Assembly (NCBI GenBank): GCA_965655095.1
Contig: OZ296659.1
Coordinates: forward strand, 12,586,001-12,650,000
DNA length: 64,000 bases
Direction of reading: 5' to 3'
DNA from: Haplodiscus bocki
Taxonomy: Eukaryota
Numbering within the stretch: the stretch's first letter is position 1; every line of letters begins with the position of its first letter. The notes under the pieces were generated by a model. It searched no databases. It was not told the origin of the DNA and worked only from the letters and a program-made list of their open reading frames with translations. A program made the translations under genes and the position numbers. Positions 24,667-37,500 of this stretch are shown here, one piece after another.

Positions 24667-24885
24667 TTATTTACAAACTGCCTTTTCTTCCAGCGTTTTT
24701 AGTCTGTTATCTAATTCAACATAGGTTGTAACGATTTTGTCGGAATGCACATATTTATCTTTGTTTCCGTTGCAACATTCTATATTTGTATTAGAGTAAA
24801 GTTTTAAAACTCTTTTTGTATTACATTTTTCACAATCTGCATATTGTTTATAGAAATCTTTGCTATGTTTTTCTTTTTTGCACAT
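24667..24885 (-). CDS. Small Zn-ribbon/coiled-coil protein of the Polinton
   Basis: 72-aa ORF MCKKEKHSKDFYKQYADCEKC...ELDNRLKTLEE; Cys pattern typical of viral Zn fingers. Confidence 0.4.
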   Translation of the reverse strand: MCKKEKHSKDFYKQYADCEKCNTKRVLKLYSNTNIECCNGNKDKYVHSDKIVTTYVELDNRLKTLEEKAVCK

Positions 24886-25049
24886 GCTACAGCTTTTACT
24901 CTCCTTTTATTTTGTTATATTTTTACTCAGAAGTTTTTTTCTCAATCAGTTTCCTCCCTAATAAATAGAACACTATTCTTCATACAACAAAAATTTAGAA
25001 AAAAAATAAGACTAAAAACTTTAATTAAACAAACCAGGAAAAAAATATG

Positions 25050-28000
25050 CGAAAAAAACCACTAAAAAAGGACGAAATCGATAGACAAATTAAAGGAATT
25101 AAAAAGTTATAAGTAAAAGAAAACGAAAACTTAGGAAACAACGCGAACTTTTTCCGAAAATTATGAGTTGACGAATTTGAAAAATTGATTTAAGAATGCT
25201 ATAGATGAACTTGAACGAACAATGTTGGAATTCCAAAAGAAACATCAAAGAATTATAGAGGAAATATAGAAAACTTCCCATTGAAAACCCGTTTTATTTT
25301 ACAGAATATCTTGAAAGACACACACAAAAAGATGAGACAGATATACAGATATAGGTTCGTTTTTCAAAAACAGAGGAAGTCAAAATAGTTCATAACCAAA
25401 CACTAGTAAACACAGTCCTAGAAGATATGGAAATTTTGAAAAATGGCTTTCTCACGAATGATGTTTTTATTCTAGGTGACGGAGAAATCGAAACTAATAG
25501 TTTTTCTCGAGTGAGTAGTGAATTAGCAAAATTCAAAGACAAAATACATGATAAATATGATGACCATCCTTCTATGTAACATACGGGCATTATTTACAGG
25601 TTTTCTTACAAATTTTAAACGAGTAGACAGATGAGAACACGGTAGAAGCGCTAACGAATTTGAAAGTAATTTGAAAGATGAGGGTGAAAACTGTTATATA
25701 CCTAGTGGAAATGGTTGTTTCCTTAAATGTGTTAAATATAATTTCAAAAAAGATATTAGCAAAGAAATTTTCGAAACCATTCAATCATTTGAAAGAAAAA
25801 GTATTGTCATAACTAACTGTAGGACACTAGAATTTTGTGAAAGATAAAAATAGATAGTGGAATGTACGATGTTAAAAGCAAAAGAACAATTCCTAGGACT
25901 GTTAGTGAAAGTAATATATGTTTATACACTCATAAAAATCATTAGTTGAATCTTTGGATGAAAAATAGAGAAAACTCTCTTCTTATTGCGATACGTGAAA
26001 TAGAGAAAATATTCAAACATGTTAAAAACAAGTTAAACGAAGATATGTTAAGTCAAAGAATTCGTTAAAGAATTCTCACGCTAGATGAGGTAGATCAATT
26101 AGGAAACGTTTTCCAATTTGATTTAGAAACGTATAACGAAAAAGTGTATGCTACACCCTATGCTGCCGGTTTATACGATTTGAATCGATTACCTCATATG
26201 TGGACGAAGGATTTCTCTCCTGAAGAAATAGAGACAGAGGGGAAAAAGTTTATTATTCTTATGAATCTAATGGAAATTCTGTCTTGATCTTGAATATGCC
26301 TAAATATATTTCAGAAAACTAAGAGTGAGATGAGAGGATATATATTGATAAAGATGGGAATGAGATAGTTATTTCGTATAAACATTTATTGGTTGGGCAT
26401 AATGCTAGAGAGATTGATAGTAGGGTTGTATTAAAACCTTTGGTTAAAGAAACAACAGGTTCAAAAAATATAGAAGCCGTTAGGAAATTGATTTCATTAT
26501 GGTTTCGGTATGTAGTTAAAATATTTAACACGGTTAAAGTACCTTAATACGTCAAATTCACAAGTACAAAATAAAGGGATCTTTAGAAAAAACCAGTAGA
26601 GAATATGGACTCCAACCCGAACTTCTCAAGGGATAAATTGAGCACTCGGGGAATTAAAAAATTAATTTTGCCGATCTAAAACATATTTGGAGCCATATGC
26701 TAAGTTAATTGTGTTATGTTTAGCTTTTATAAATGCTAGACATTCTAAGGAAGTGCAAGAAATAATTGGATAAAGTATTAAAGACTTCAAGAGAAGCTAG
26801 TTTAGGATGGAAATGCTTTAGAAAATACAAAAACAGTCGGAAAGTTTATACGTTTAGCGATAATTATGTTCGAGATTTTATACGCAAATCAATCAAAGGA
26901 GGAAAGGTAACTGCCTTAAGTAGATATTCTGAATCAAAGCAGTGTGAGGAAACACTGAACACAAAAAAAAAACATTTAAACAGACGACAGCGAGATTTCG
27001 CACATATTCGATCAATATATAAATTATAATAAGTTTAAACGCAATGAGTTTTTATTAAAATGTGGAAATGATCAGACTGAATATCGAAAAATAAATAAAA
27101 AGGAGCTAGATAAATTTCTAGATAAAAACTCGAAAATTTGCAAAAAAGTGAAGAATCATAAAATAATTTAAAAAATGAATTGTTAGTTTCATATGATTGG
27201 AACAGTTTATATCCTAGTGCACAGGTAGATATAACTAGTACCTGGCCAAAAAAAAAGAAACAACTTACACACTTAAAAATTATATGAGTGATGCAGTTTG
27301 TAGTTTGTTTACCAGCGGAAGATGGAAGGAACTAAACAGATGTGTCTTTCTTACTAAAAAATATCACAACCCTGAGGATTTAGTTTTCCAACAACTCCAT
27401 ATGAAAGAAAAAATTTAAAACAACCCATTCAAAAACAATGGATTGTAGGAAAACAATAGAATGAGGAATTGTATAATAATAGATACTTTTACAAGTGTTG
27501 ATATTGTGGAAATAGTTAGGTGTGGGAGTATTGTTTTGGAAGTGTCTGAAAGATTTTTCTGTCAAAACTCAGAAAATAATCCTCACACAGATTTTGTTAA
27601 TGAAATGTTTCAAAAAGAGATTTATTCACACCACAAGGTAAAGAAATACTGCAGAACTCAACTAAAAAGATAGGACTATCTGTGTAAGGTGGTAATTTTA
27701 GAATGGATATAAATGAGGAAAACAATTGTGCAGCAGAATCATGGATGGAGGAGAACTTTCATGATAGGGTGAGAGAATGGTCTCTTTTGGAAACCGGTAA
27801 TTTAAGAGTAAAAAACATGATGATGAAGGAGTTGATGATTATGACAAAGCAAAATCAATAAACACCATACAATCTCATTTTCGAAGCTTCATTTTATCAC
27901 ATAGTAAGAAGATAATGAACTTCGTTATTAAGCAAAAAGGCGGATTTTACAAAAATAGTATTTACTACGGCGTTACCGATTCTATGTATATACGGGACAA

Positions 28001-28720
28001 TCATAGTTGATAAAGGATTCTCTGGAAAAGACCTTGGATTGGGCAAAAACGATTATGGTGATCCAGGTAAAATTTATGCATGGTTTCTAGCTCCGAAAAT
28101 AAAACACTGCTTACTGATCGATGATTTTTGCGTTCTTTCAGCAAACGGAACTTTGAAAGGATATAGCGAAGAACATAGAATGATTAAGCTGAATAAAACT
28201 GTATCGTTATCGTGAGGAAATTCTATATCTGGCAAATTTTCTATAGATTGGACAAATTCGATCGAAGGAATCAAAACACCACAACAAAAACAAGGATGTT
28301 TCGAATGTAAAAACGATTAATTTGTAGTAATTGTGTTGAAAAGCGTAAATTGATTTGTTTTAATTGTGAGAACGAAAAGCCTTGTAATTCATATTTATAT
28401 CTAATAAGTAAAAAAGAAAACCTATTCTAGAGATATTATTATGTTAAAAGGAATACCACCAATTAAAGGTTATCAAATGCTTCCTTGGTATGTCGGAAAA
28501 AATATGCCAAGATTAAAAGTTATCGATTTCGAGGCTGCGATAGAACTTCTAATGAAAGAAGATGATAAAAGGGTTTAAAAAAGACAGTTTGAGTGGATAT
28601 ATAATAAGATACAGGTTAATTGTTACACGAAATATGAGAAAATTCTTGAAAACAAGAGATATTCACTTATGGATTTGATTATAATGAAACAAAAAAAATG
28701 GATAAATGTTTGTAATTAAA
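25050..28720 (+). pseudogene. polB: Protein-primed family B DNA polymerase
   Basis: ExoI FDLET (26120), ExoII VGHNAREID, IRKSIKGGK, motif A SYDWNSLYPSA (27195), motif B-like KKIGLSV*GG, motif C YYGVTDSMYI (~27966), FLAPKIK, KGY; many stops and frameshifts. Confidence 0.92.
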
Positions 28721-29939
28721 GTTAATGGGAAGACGTTTCCTCTTTGAGAATCACAGGTAATGTATGGTACAAAGACTGAGGTTACGTATTAAGGAGTGAA
28801 ACCCAAACACTCCGGCAAGCCTTAATTTTTATCGATGTCATTCATGTACCAGTCAACAAGCGGGAAGCATAATGAAAAGATTGAAACTAGAATATGTACA
28901 CGGAGTGCGCTGGTAGCAAAGATAGCGTATATACAACGTTGGTAAGTAGTAGTGGTGATTTTTCAGTCTTGCATAGACGCAAAAATGCACGTTAAAGTTT
29001 GTTTTACCATTGCTTTCACATGGACGAAAAACATTATACAGGATTTTTTTCATGTTGTAGAGAAAAAAACATGTAATTCAAATAATTCTTGTAATGGAGA
29101 AGTTAATTTAACCAACAGCATGACAAAAATTTCGCTGGCGTCTAATATGAATATTAGAATTTTTTTGTGAACCCTTTGGTATTTTGGAATAGGTGAGGAT
29201 TATACCAGTCAAAGTCGGTATCGGATTTGACTGGTATTATCCGAACCTACATAATTACTAGCGAAACATCCTTGAAAAGGAAGAAACTTAGTGTACTTTT
29301 CGTCAAAAATATTGACGGTTTTTGATTTTACTGGACAATTGAGGTCCAATGTTTTCAGAAATGTAAATGCAAAGTAACAAACTGCAACGACATCACAAAT
29401 TGGCGTCACACTTGGAGTCCAAATGGACTTGAGAGATAGTGAATACTTGTCAAAAAGTTGACTCAGTAACTACGAGGTTGCAGGTAACCCACAGATGTTG
29501 TTTTCCTTGACCTTTGTCTTTTCGTGTCATTGCTTCCGGGAAAAAAATTCCCAAAATCAAACAACAAGCATCAAAATAAAGTTCTTCCGGTAAAACTTCA
29601 ATTGACTGTTTGGGTCAAACTTTCGTCCGAAATTTATCCACGGTAAAAGCGGCTAAGGAAACCAGGAATTGTCTTTTATCCCTTGGGAAAATAGCGACGC
29701 GTACTAGCGTTCTTTGTCAAAGTAGCAGTCTTGATTGTTCTTTTTTATTTTTCTTCGTATATGTAAGATTCAAGAAAAATTAATCTATCAGTAGGGCCGT
29801 TTTTTTTTCGAACCAAAATTGCCAACTCTTTTTATTCAAAAATAAAAGACAGCAGTAGGCTTAGGACAACAAGGTTCTCAAGCAGTAGGTTCGGGGTCGG
29901 GGTTCGTGTCACTGCCATGGCAAATATTTATACGATTTA

Positions 29940-30577
29940 TCCCTAGCATTTTGCGATACCCGAAATTAATGAAACACTAAAAGATTCCCTTACGAAAATG
30001 TTCGGCAATGTGAGACAAAAAATTTTCGACGGAAAATCTTGATACCCCCCCCCCCTCTTACCCATAATTTTTTTCGATACAAGAAATTTTGTGATTTGTG
30101 AAACAGAAGGGACCCCTTAAGAAGTTTTTCGGTCCTGTGAGACAAAAACTTTTCGGCAAAACCGTGATGCCCCCCTCCCGCTCCTATGCATGAAAATTTT
30201 CGATACAATATTTTTTTTAAACACAGAAGGGGTCTCCTACGAAGTTTTTCAGTACTGTGAGACAAAAAGTTTCGACACAAAATCTTGATATCCCCTTCCT
30301 TCTCATGCAAAAAACTTTTTCGATAATCGAAATCTTCTGATACACTGAATTGTTCTCAAACCAAATTTTTCGTTACCGTGAGACAAAAATTTTGAACGAA
30401 AAGTAGTGATACCCCTTCTTTTTCATAAAATATAGAAATCATTGGTGGAATTGATGTTTGTAGAAAACCTTCGAAAACTAGATTTTAAACAACAGTCTCG
30501 TTTTTAACTGTTTGCAAATGTTGATCAAAATATCTGTCTTCGGGCGAAAAATATGCCGATGCTAGCCGGTCGTCTTG
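29940..30577 (+). mobile_element. Non-autonomous Helitron-like element with four ~120-bp internal tandem repeats
   Basis: GTGAGACAAAAA recurs at ~30010, 30137, 30257, 30378; starts TC after an A, ends with an imperfect hairpin GCCGATGCTAGCCGGT then CTTG before a T; no TSD. Confidence 0.55.
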
Positions 30578-32239
30578 TTTCAATATTGTGTCAGATGTCC
30601 AACTCTGTGGGTCACCTTTGTCTCTTAACTACAAGTATTATGAATACCTTCCCCTAGAGTTTGTTCAACAATAGAAATTGAATTTTGAAAAGGCGGAAGA
30701 TCAATTTTCTTTGAAATTAGCTCATTCAAGGAGCCTGCCGATAGCACAACTGTAATATATTCGTCGCAGTTTTTGCCCATGAAAATCGTTTTCTGTTGCA
30801 GAGACACCAAAATCTATTGTTTTTCTTGTGAAGTGAGTGTATCGAGTCAATTAAAACTTCTTCGTAGAAAGTCCGACTTTTAGTAAACGATTTTTATCTT
30901 TTCCAAGATATACGTCTGCCTCATCACCGATGTTCCGTTGCAAATAAACGCCGATGCGTTTCTTGATATTTTTTTCAAGATAACCGAGTTTTAAGGTTTA
31001 TTGGCAGAGCATTGGTGGTAACAGAATTTCTACTATTGGCCTTTTCGGGAAAATAGTTTCGTTTTAGACTAAGAGGTTCCAACGGTGCGGACATTTATGC
31101 TGATTTCTTAAGTTTAAAACCTGCATTTTTCTCATATCAGAAAAGATTAACATTCTGTACCAAGCTTGAACAAATCAATCAAAAAATCCGGCAGATGTCT
31201 TTTTAATTGCCAAATATTTATGGAAATTATTTAGCTTTTACGATTAGGACGATTTTTTTGGAGCAATTTCTCTAGAGCGAATGATACGGAATGTCCTTTA
31301 TTTCGCTTGATTCAACCCCATCTGCGTTTTTTATTGGAGCAATCATTCAATAGTTCCTGTTTTTGTGATTCAATGGCTCCAAAAGGCATTTTCTCAGATG
31401 AAATCGTAGCATCTTCATAGGATTTAAGCACTTTTGCAGCTGTTTTGTAGCAATTTGGTCACGTTTTTTTTATTTTCTTGGCTATGTTACTCGAAGCGCC
31501 CGAGCAAGGCTCGTTTTCTTATATTTTCTCATTGTTTGTCCTGTAGAATATGCTCTGACTGATGTCAAAGTATTGGTTGCTCAAAAACTTTTTGCCCCAC
31601 ATGCTGCTATCTAGACATACTCAACTCGTGAGAAGAACGCCTCACTACTAATTCTGAGAAACTATGTTTGAGGTTGTTTCGCTGACAAATCTTGGCCAGA
31701 GAAACAAGTACCATCAAGAAAAAGTTGATTTTCCCACCATTCTTTTCCGAAAAAGAAACTTTTTTTTCGACAAAAAAATTCAGAATAAATTGATTAATTG
31801 AAACTCCAGTCACTCCAGGCCTTCATAGCTTTCACCGTAGGTTGATTAAATCAACAGTTTTTGGTAACAGTTCGTTTAGAGTTTTATCCAATCATCCAAG
31901 TTGCTTTTCAATTCCCAGGGTTCGCTCCTTAGCTCAACATTTTCTTCTCGGGAGTTATTCATCATATTTGAATTGAATGTAAGTCGTGATTTCTTCACCT
32001 AAATTACGTCGGCGTCTCAAATAAGAGATGGCTTCATCTACTTGAAGGTCTGGTCCTCAAATCATGTTGGTCGCGTGATTTCCGTTCAAGCCCATTAGTT
32101 TTTCACCTTTCGCGTCATTCAATTCTCTGTTCTGCTTGTTAATTTGATATCTTTTCACGCCTTCACTTTCACAATCCTGTTTGATCGCTGAGTGGCGTCA
32201 TTTCCACTTTTTCAAATCGGACTTTTTCCTGATTGGCAA

Positions 32240-33570
32240 ATGTCAGGACCTGCTTCTGGGCCAGAGTTTTGTGTAATCTGGCTGCGGAAGATGCCTGCTT
32301 CAGGATGAGAATCACTCTGGGAGTCGTCCTCATTCGTTCCCTGGTTTTCCACGTTTGTGTTTCGGAATGTTCCCAGAACGGCTCCGGAGTGCGTCCGTAT
32401 CTGTGGGTTCAAGAGAAATTCGTCTAGTTTAGACAGAGCACCCAAAATGCGGGACTCTGTCCTACGGAACTCCTGGGACCGTTTTTTAGTGACTCTGCCT
32501 TCAATCTCCTCAGAAATTTCTGTTTTGCCGTAGCCGTTGACTGGGATTTCACGTATTTTCTGCGGAACACAGTCAGAACTTCTACTAGATTTTCTCTGCT
32601 CGGGTTGCTGATGTTTTTGAACGTCTGCAGCGCATCACCACGCATGAGAGAGTGGAAATAGTTTATTTTGTCTTCTTCTGTGAGCTGATTGTGGATTTTT
32701 AAACTCGTTTGGAATAGATCTTCAAACAGTTCAAATTTCTCCGATTTCCCGTCGAAGGTGGGCATTGTTGTCGTGAGGGATTTAGGCAGTTTAGAGATTC
32801 TGTTATTGTTGTTATTGACATTGGCAGAATTGTTGTTAGTCGCCAATTGTTGAAGGGCCAACAAAATCTGGTCTGCTTCAATTGTCGCAGGGGCGTTCTC
32901 ACAACGAAATTGTGGCTGATTGGGGAGCGCGCCTTTTTTTGTTGTCCTGAAGAAATTCCAGGGGAGCAGTAGGGAATCTCTTCTTCAACTGCTGTCAACA
33001 AGTGAGGACAATATCGAATCTCTTTCTGAACTCCTAACACCATGTCATGTCCATTGTGAGTCTCTTCTATAACTCCTGTGACCATGTCGTGACGATTGCG
33101 AATTTCTTCTGTAGCTCCTGTCACCATGTCATGGCCATTGCGAATCTCTTCTGAACCTCCTCTCATCATGTCAGGACCTACTTCTGGGCCAGAGTTTTGT
33201 GTAATCTGGCTGCGGAAGATGCCTGCTTCAGGATGAGGATCACTCTGGGAGTCGTCCTCATTCGTTCCCTGTTTTTCCACGTTTGTGTTTCGGAATGTTC
33301 CCGGAACTGTTCTGGAGTGCGTCCGTATCTATGGGTTCAAGAGAAATTCGTCTAGTTTAGACAGAGCACCCAAAATGCGGGACTCTGTCCTACGGAACTC
33401 CTGGGACAGTTTTTTATTGACTCTGCTTTCAATCTCCTCAGAAACTTGTGTGATATATTCCTCATTATTTTTGTAACGGACGTATTTCGTGACCGGCCGT
33501 TCCTAGGATGTTCCTCTTGTGCCTCTCTTGTAACGGCTGCCAACGTTCGTTTGTTTCTCAACGTTGCCAT
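32240..33570 (-). pseudogene. gag: gag remnant, frameshifted, truncated and internally duplicated
   Basis: ORFs 33352-33570, 32699-33280, 32424-32864, 32212-32445 tile the N-terminal ~300 aa of Gag; ~33170-33445 is repeated at ~32240-32515. Confidence 0.85.
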
Positions 33571-34577
33571 TTTTTCGAAGGGAAAATGCTAAGCAAATAT
33601 GAAGACTGAATTAGTTTTTACTTGATAATCAACTTGAAATTATAACAAAAATGTGATTCTTTAGAATAAAAAAAACTAGTCACAATCAGTACAGTCAACT
33701 GATAATCAAAGTGATATTAAGAATCTCTTTTTTAGTACTTTCATTTCTCCTATCTATACTCTATACCTTTTGCTTGGCGGGAAACATAATTGTTTACACG
33801 CCAGGTAAAGGTACAAAGTAGTGAAAAGTATTTTAATCATAATAGTTACAAAAGAATTATGCCGACTCTGGCGGGAAATAAACGTCTTTCCGTCCATTTC
33901 TTCCTTTACAGACCGCGTCTTTCCCATCTTTCGACAGGAAATATACGGGTCTGATCAGTCGGAATTAGGTATCAAAGTGTTTATTCCCGCGCCGACACAA
34001 TAAATAATAACATAAACAAATGATCAAAAAGACTTTCCATAAGAGGAAAGTATTGAAAAATTCAGCAAAATTAGGTAGAATACACAAAAATAATAATAGA
34101 AAATCATAATTACATGCTTGGGAAAACTATTGCATCGATTAAATTCACTTTTGGAACGAAACTAGGCTTTTTCCTAGTCCGTTCCTCGTTATCAACGGAT
34201 GGTTCCTCATTTTGGCCAAAGTGTTCCGGAACGACTACGTAGCCACTTGTAGCACTGCTCACCGCAGTGCTACTGAGATGAAAGAAATAGGTGGCTACGT
34301 AAGCGTTCCGTGTTCGTCCAAATTGACACAGCATAAAAGCACAGCGGATTGGTTGAATTTCTTGTGACATCACCAGATTGGTAGCGACGGAATGCGTACG
34401 GAACAAATATTCACTCTGCTGCTAGGTAGAGTAGCTGTTAGGTACGTATGTTTCCGTTCCGTAGCAGTTCCGTCCCCATCTGGATCAGTACACGGGAGTG
34501 CTACTTATACAATACGTAGAATTTACATGAACATTTACTGGGCTGTGGTGATACGTGTTTGATACGTATCAACTACA
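32240..34577 (-). mobile_element. Truncated Ty3/Gypsy element (5' LTR/leader and 5' half of gag), relative of the element at 53691
   Basis: Gag fragments align with the 54980 gag (QGTNEDDSQSDPHPEAG, RISKLPKSLTTTMPTFDGKSEKFELFEDLF); non-coding blocks GAGTGAATATTTGTTCCGTACG and GTCGGCGCGGGA are shared; candidate TG start at 34577. Confidence 0.88.
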
Positions 34578-37500
34578 TATAAAAGCGTTGAAATATGACT
34601 GCAACATTAATATATATATATATGGAAATAGGAAAATCTAAAGTTCTAATTTTCAGGCGATCAGGGGATGTCCTTTTCTTTATGCTCGTAGGCTTCGCGG
34701 ATATACTGCGACAGCAACTCAATTTAAAAATGCCTTTTTTTACTATCACCAACGTTTTGCAAGTCGTCTGGAACTACTAAGTGCGTATTTTTTAAAAGAT
34801 TTTTCTTCCGTTTTGAAAAAGTAATTCCTTTCTCTATAGATAAAAAAGTTTGTGAACACGACACTGTTGATAATAACGCAGTACTTTTTAGCTTTTTAGT
34901 CCTCATCATTCTCTGAACGTCGGTTCACCAGCACGATAGATATTCATTCGGTTCAAATTTTTTGTGCCATACAAGGACTCCCAGTCCGTGTGCTATCATC
35001 GATTGTTATGACTTTTTTAGCCATCGGTGTGAAAAGTTCTTCAGGGAAATTTTCTTCAAAGTTTGATTTTTTCCTCAGTGTCAGTCTTCCTTGATACGAT
35101 CAATGCCCCTATAGGCGACCTTTGTCGGTAACTGTCATTAAAAATATTCAGTCCTAAAACTGTTTTTCTTCAGTGTGTAACTGTTTAGAGGTAAAAGTGT
35201 ACTTCATCAGAGAAATGTAACTAATTGCCGTGCAACCGAAGTTCACTTTCGGAATCTCATTAAATGGCAGTTATGTCAAGCGGCAAATATGTGGTAAATG
35301 GCTAATATCAAAATAAATAGTGTTTTGAATCTTCCTTTCGCCAACTCATTTATGACACCTAGCTTTCGGGCAAAGCCTCAGTCCTAGAGTTTGGGCTCAA
35401 AATACGGCTCAAAACTCACAAGGCTGGATTGGTAACCGGTGAACAAAAAACCAGTGACTTTTTTTAGTTTATCTAAGTCAATAAAGGCTGCTCGAGGTTA
35501 GAAGGTGAAGCAGCGGCACATAGTGGGGCCAGTGAGATTTGAAGTTACAGGGTAGCTCCGCTGTAGCGCCAACTCTATCGTAGATGAAATTGTAGTTGCA
35601 TCACAATTCCACAACCAATTCTGTTCAAATTCAAATCTTTGAGCTCAATCGTAATAAAGGTCCCCATGACTCAAACGCGGTGCCTAAAATCAACCTCAAT
35701 GCTACCCGTTTCATTAACACTAGTTGAATTTTTGAAAAAAAAATTGTAATTTATTCTATGTTACAGAACACTTTTAGATTATTTTAGATGAATAATATTA
35801 AACGTTCCATTCCTACATTTTGCCTGCAGCTGTGATATCAATCAAGTATCTTTTTTCGAAACTTTTGAATATAGAAGACTTTTCTAAAATTGGGCAAGGT
35901 TTTATAGGCTGCCTTCAAAAAACGGTAGACGAAAAAAAAATGTTGTTTTTGGATGCAATTCAGTTAATTAAACAATTGATTGACAACGTTAAATTTTTGG
36001 TGTGTAATTTACAGCCCAAGCGTAGCCTAGTCAATTCAAATTTGGAACAGTTACATAAAAAATTCGCATAAAAAATTCGAATTGGTCCAACATTTGAGAC
36101 ATTCTGGGCACGCAAGTTACAATTGCGAGGTTATAAAAAGGAAAAAAATCAATATTTGCGTCACCTGAGCCCAACGACAGAGGAGAAAACAAAGAGTTAT
36201 TTCTGACCACAGACCAGGAAGAAAACTCAAACTCAACCCTGGAAACGCTTCAAATAAGAGTTTCAAGTCATTAATTAGTACTTAGTAAAATTTTACAGTT
36301 TCTACCTACGAGTGGATTTACAAATATCAACTGGATACAAACGAATTCAATTTTAGTGGTGACTTTATATCATTAAGAGGGAAATATTGGGTGTTAGAGT
36401 TACCTCTTGTAAATATTTGGCAAAATTGTCCGGACACAAACTACAATCAGTGCTGAAAACGTCCATATCAGCCTGGATCTGAGTTCAGTGGCCTACCATG
36501 TGGTTGCATACCAATAATCAGCTCGTTCGGAGTCAAAAATATGGTAGAAGTTCAGCGAATTCAGCTTCACCCTAAAAGTGAAAATCCAAAACTAACTCAG
36601 ACGAGTGGCGAGTAGACATACTACTTGTGAGAAACCAACAACCTCGGCGACAGAAAATATTAATTTGTGATAGTGTTTGCCACTCAGAAAAAACTACAGA
36701 GACACAAAGTCGGCCATCAATGCCTTCATTTCAGACACGTTGAGACCAAATAGGTCGAACACCTAAATTTTTTTCATTACAATTCAGACATTGGCTATCC
36801 CAAAACATCCAGTGCAGAGTACAATTTATGCAAACTTCTTTTCTGTAAAAAGTTAGACCAGCAAAACACACCCAGCAGTGTCAAAGCATCAAAATTTTAG
36901 TCAAGTTCTTTAAAATTTTTCATTTTGGAGTCGCAACAATAATGATATTTGGTCGGGCTTTTGCACAAGCCTGTTTTTCCAACGTATAGTCCTGCTTACT
37001 TGTTTCAAGGAACTCATTGAATTTGGTGAGCGTCTATCAATTCGAATGATTTTCGACTGACGAAAACTCGATTTTTGAGAGGTATGAAATCGATTTAGGA
37101 GGATAAATTTTCAAAAGGTTGCTATCATATCCGAGTGCGTGAACGACATCATTGTTCATTTCCTAAGTGCAACACAACTTGTGGAATGTGATGAGCGAAG
37201 TTGAGCATGAGCAGATTTTTAATGACAGACTGCGACTTCTCAGAAGATGACATCGAGAAAAAACGTGCCTTTCAGCGGACAAACTCGAAGTTATCTATTT
37301 TTCTTGGGTCTGTCAGCAACTTCATCCAGACGGTGTTTCAGTGTAGAAGTAAACCAATACGCGATGTTGAATTCAACACTGCAGCGGTTAAAACGAGAGA
37401 GAAAGTTTCAAGACCTCACTCAAGCACCTTTCCATCGAAAGGTGAGTGACAAACAATTTTTTCGCTTCTCCAGGATCGGTTGTAGATTTGTACACTCTTT

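Larger units (their letters stand above)
1..28720 (+). mobile_element. Degenerate endogenous Polinton/Maverick (adintovirus-like) element; left end outside window, right terminus not identified
   Basis: Co-linear remnants of pPolB, rve integrase, A32-like ATPase, adenain protease, double-jelly-roll major capsid and minor capsid genes, the diagnostic Polinton gene set; all carry stops or frameshifts. Confidence 0.92.

Noticed and set aside
28940-28956. AGTAGTAGT as a Polinton terminus
   Set aside because: Wrong orientation for a right end and no partner inverted repeat or TSD in the window
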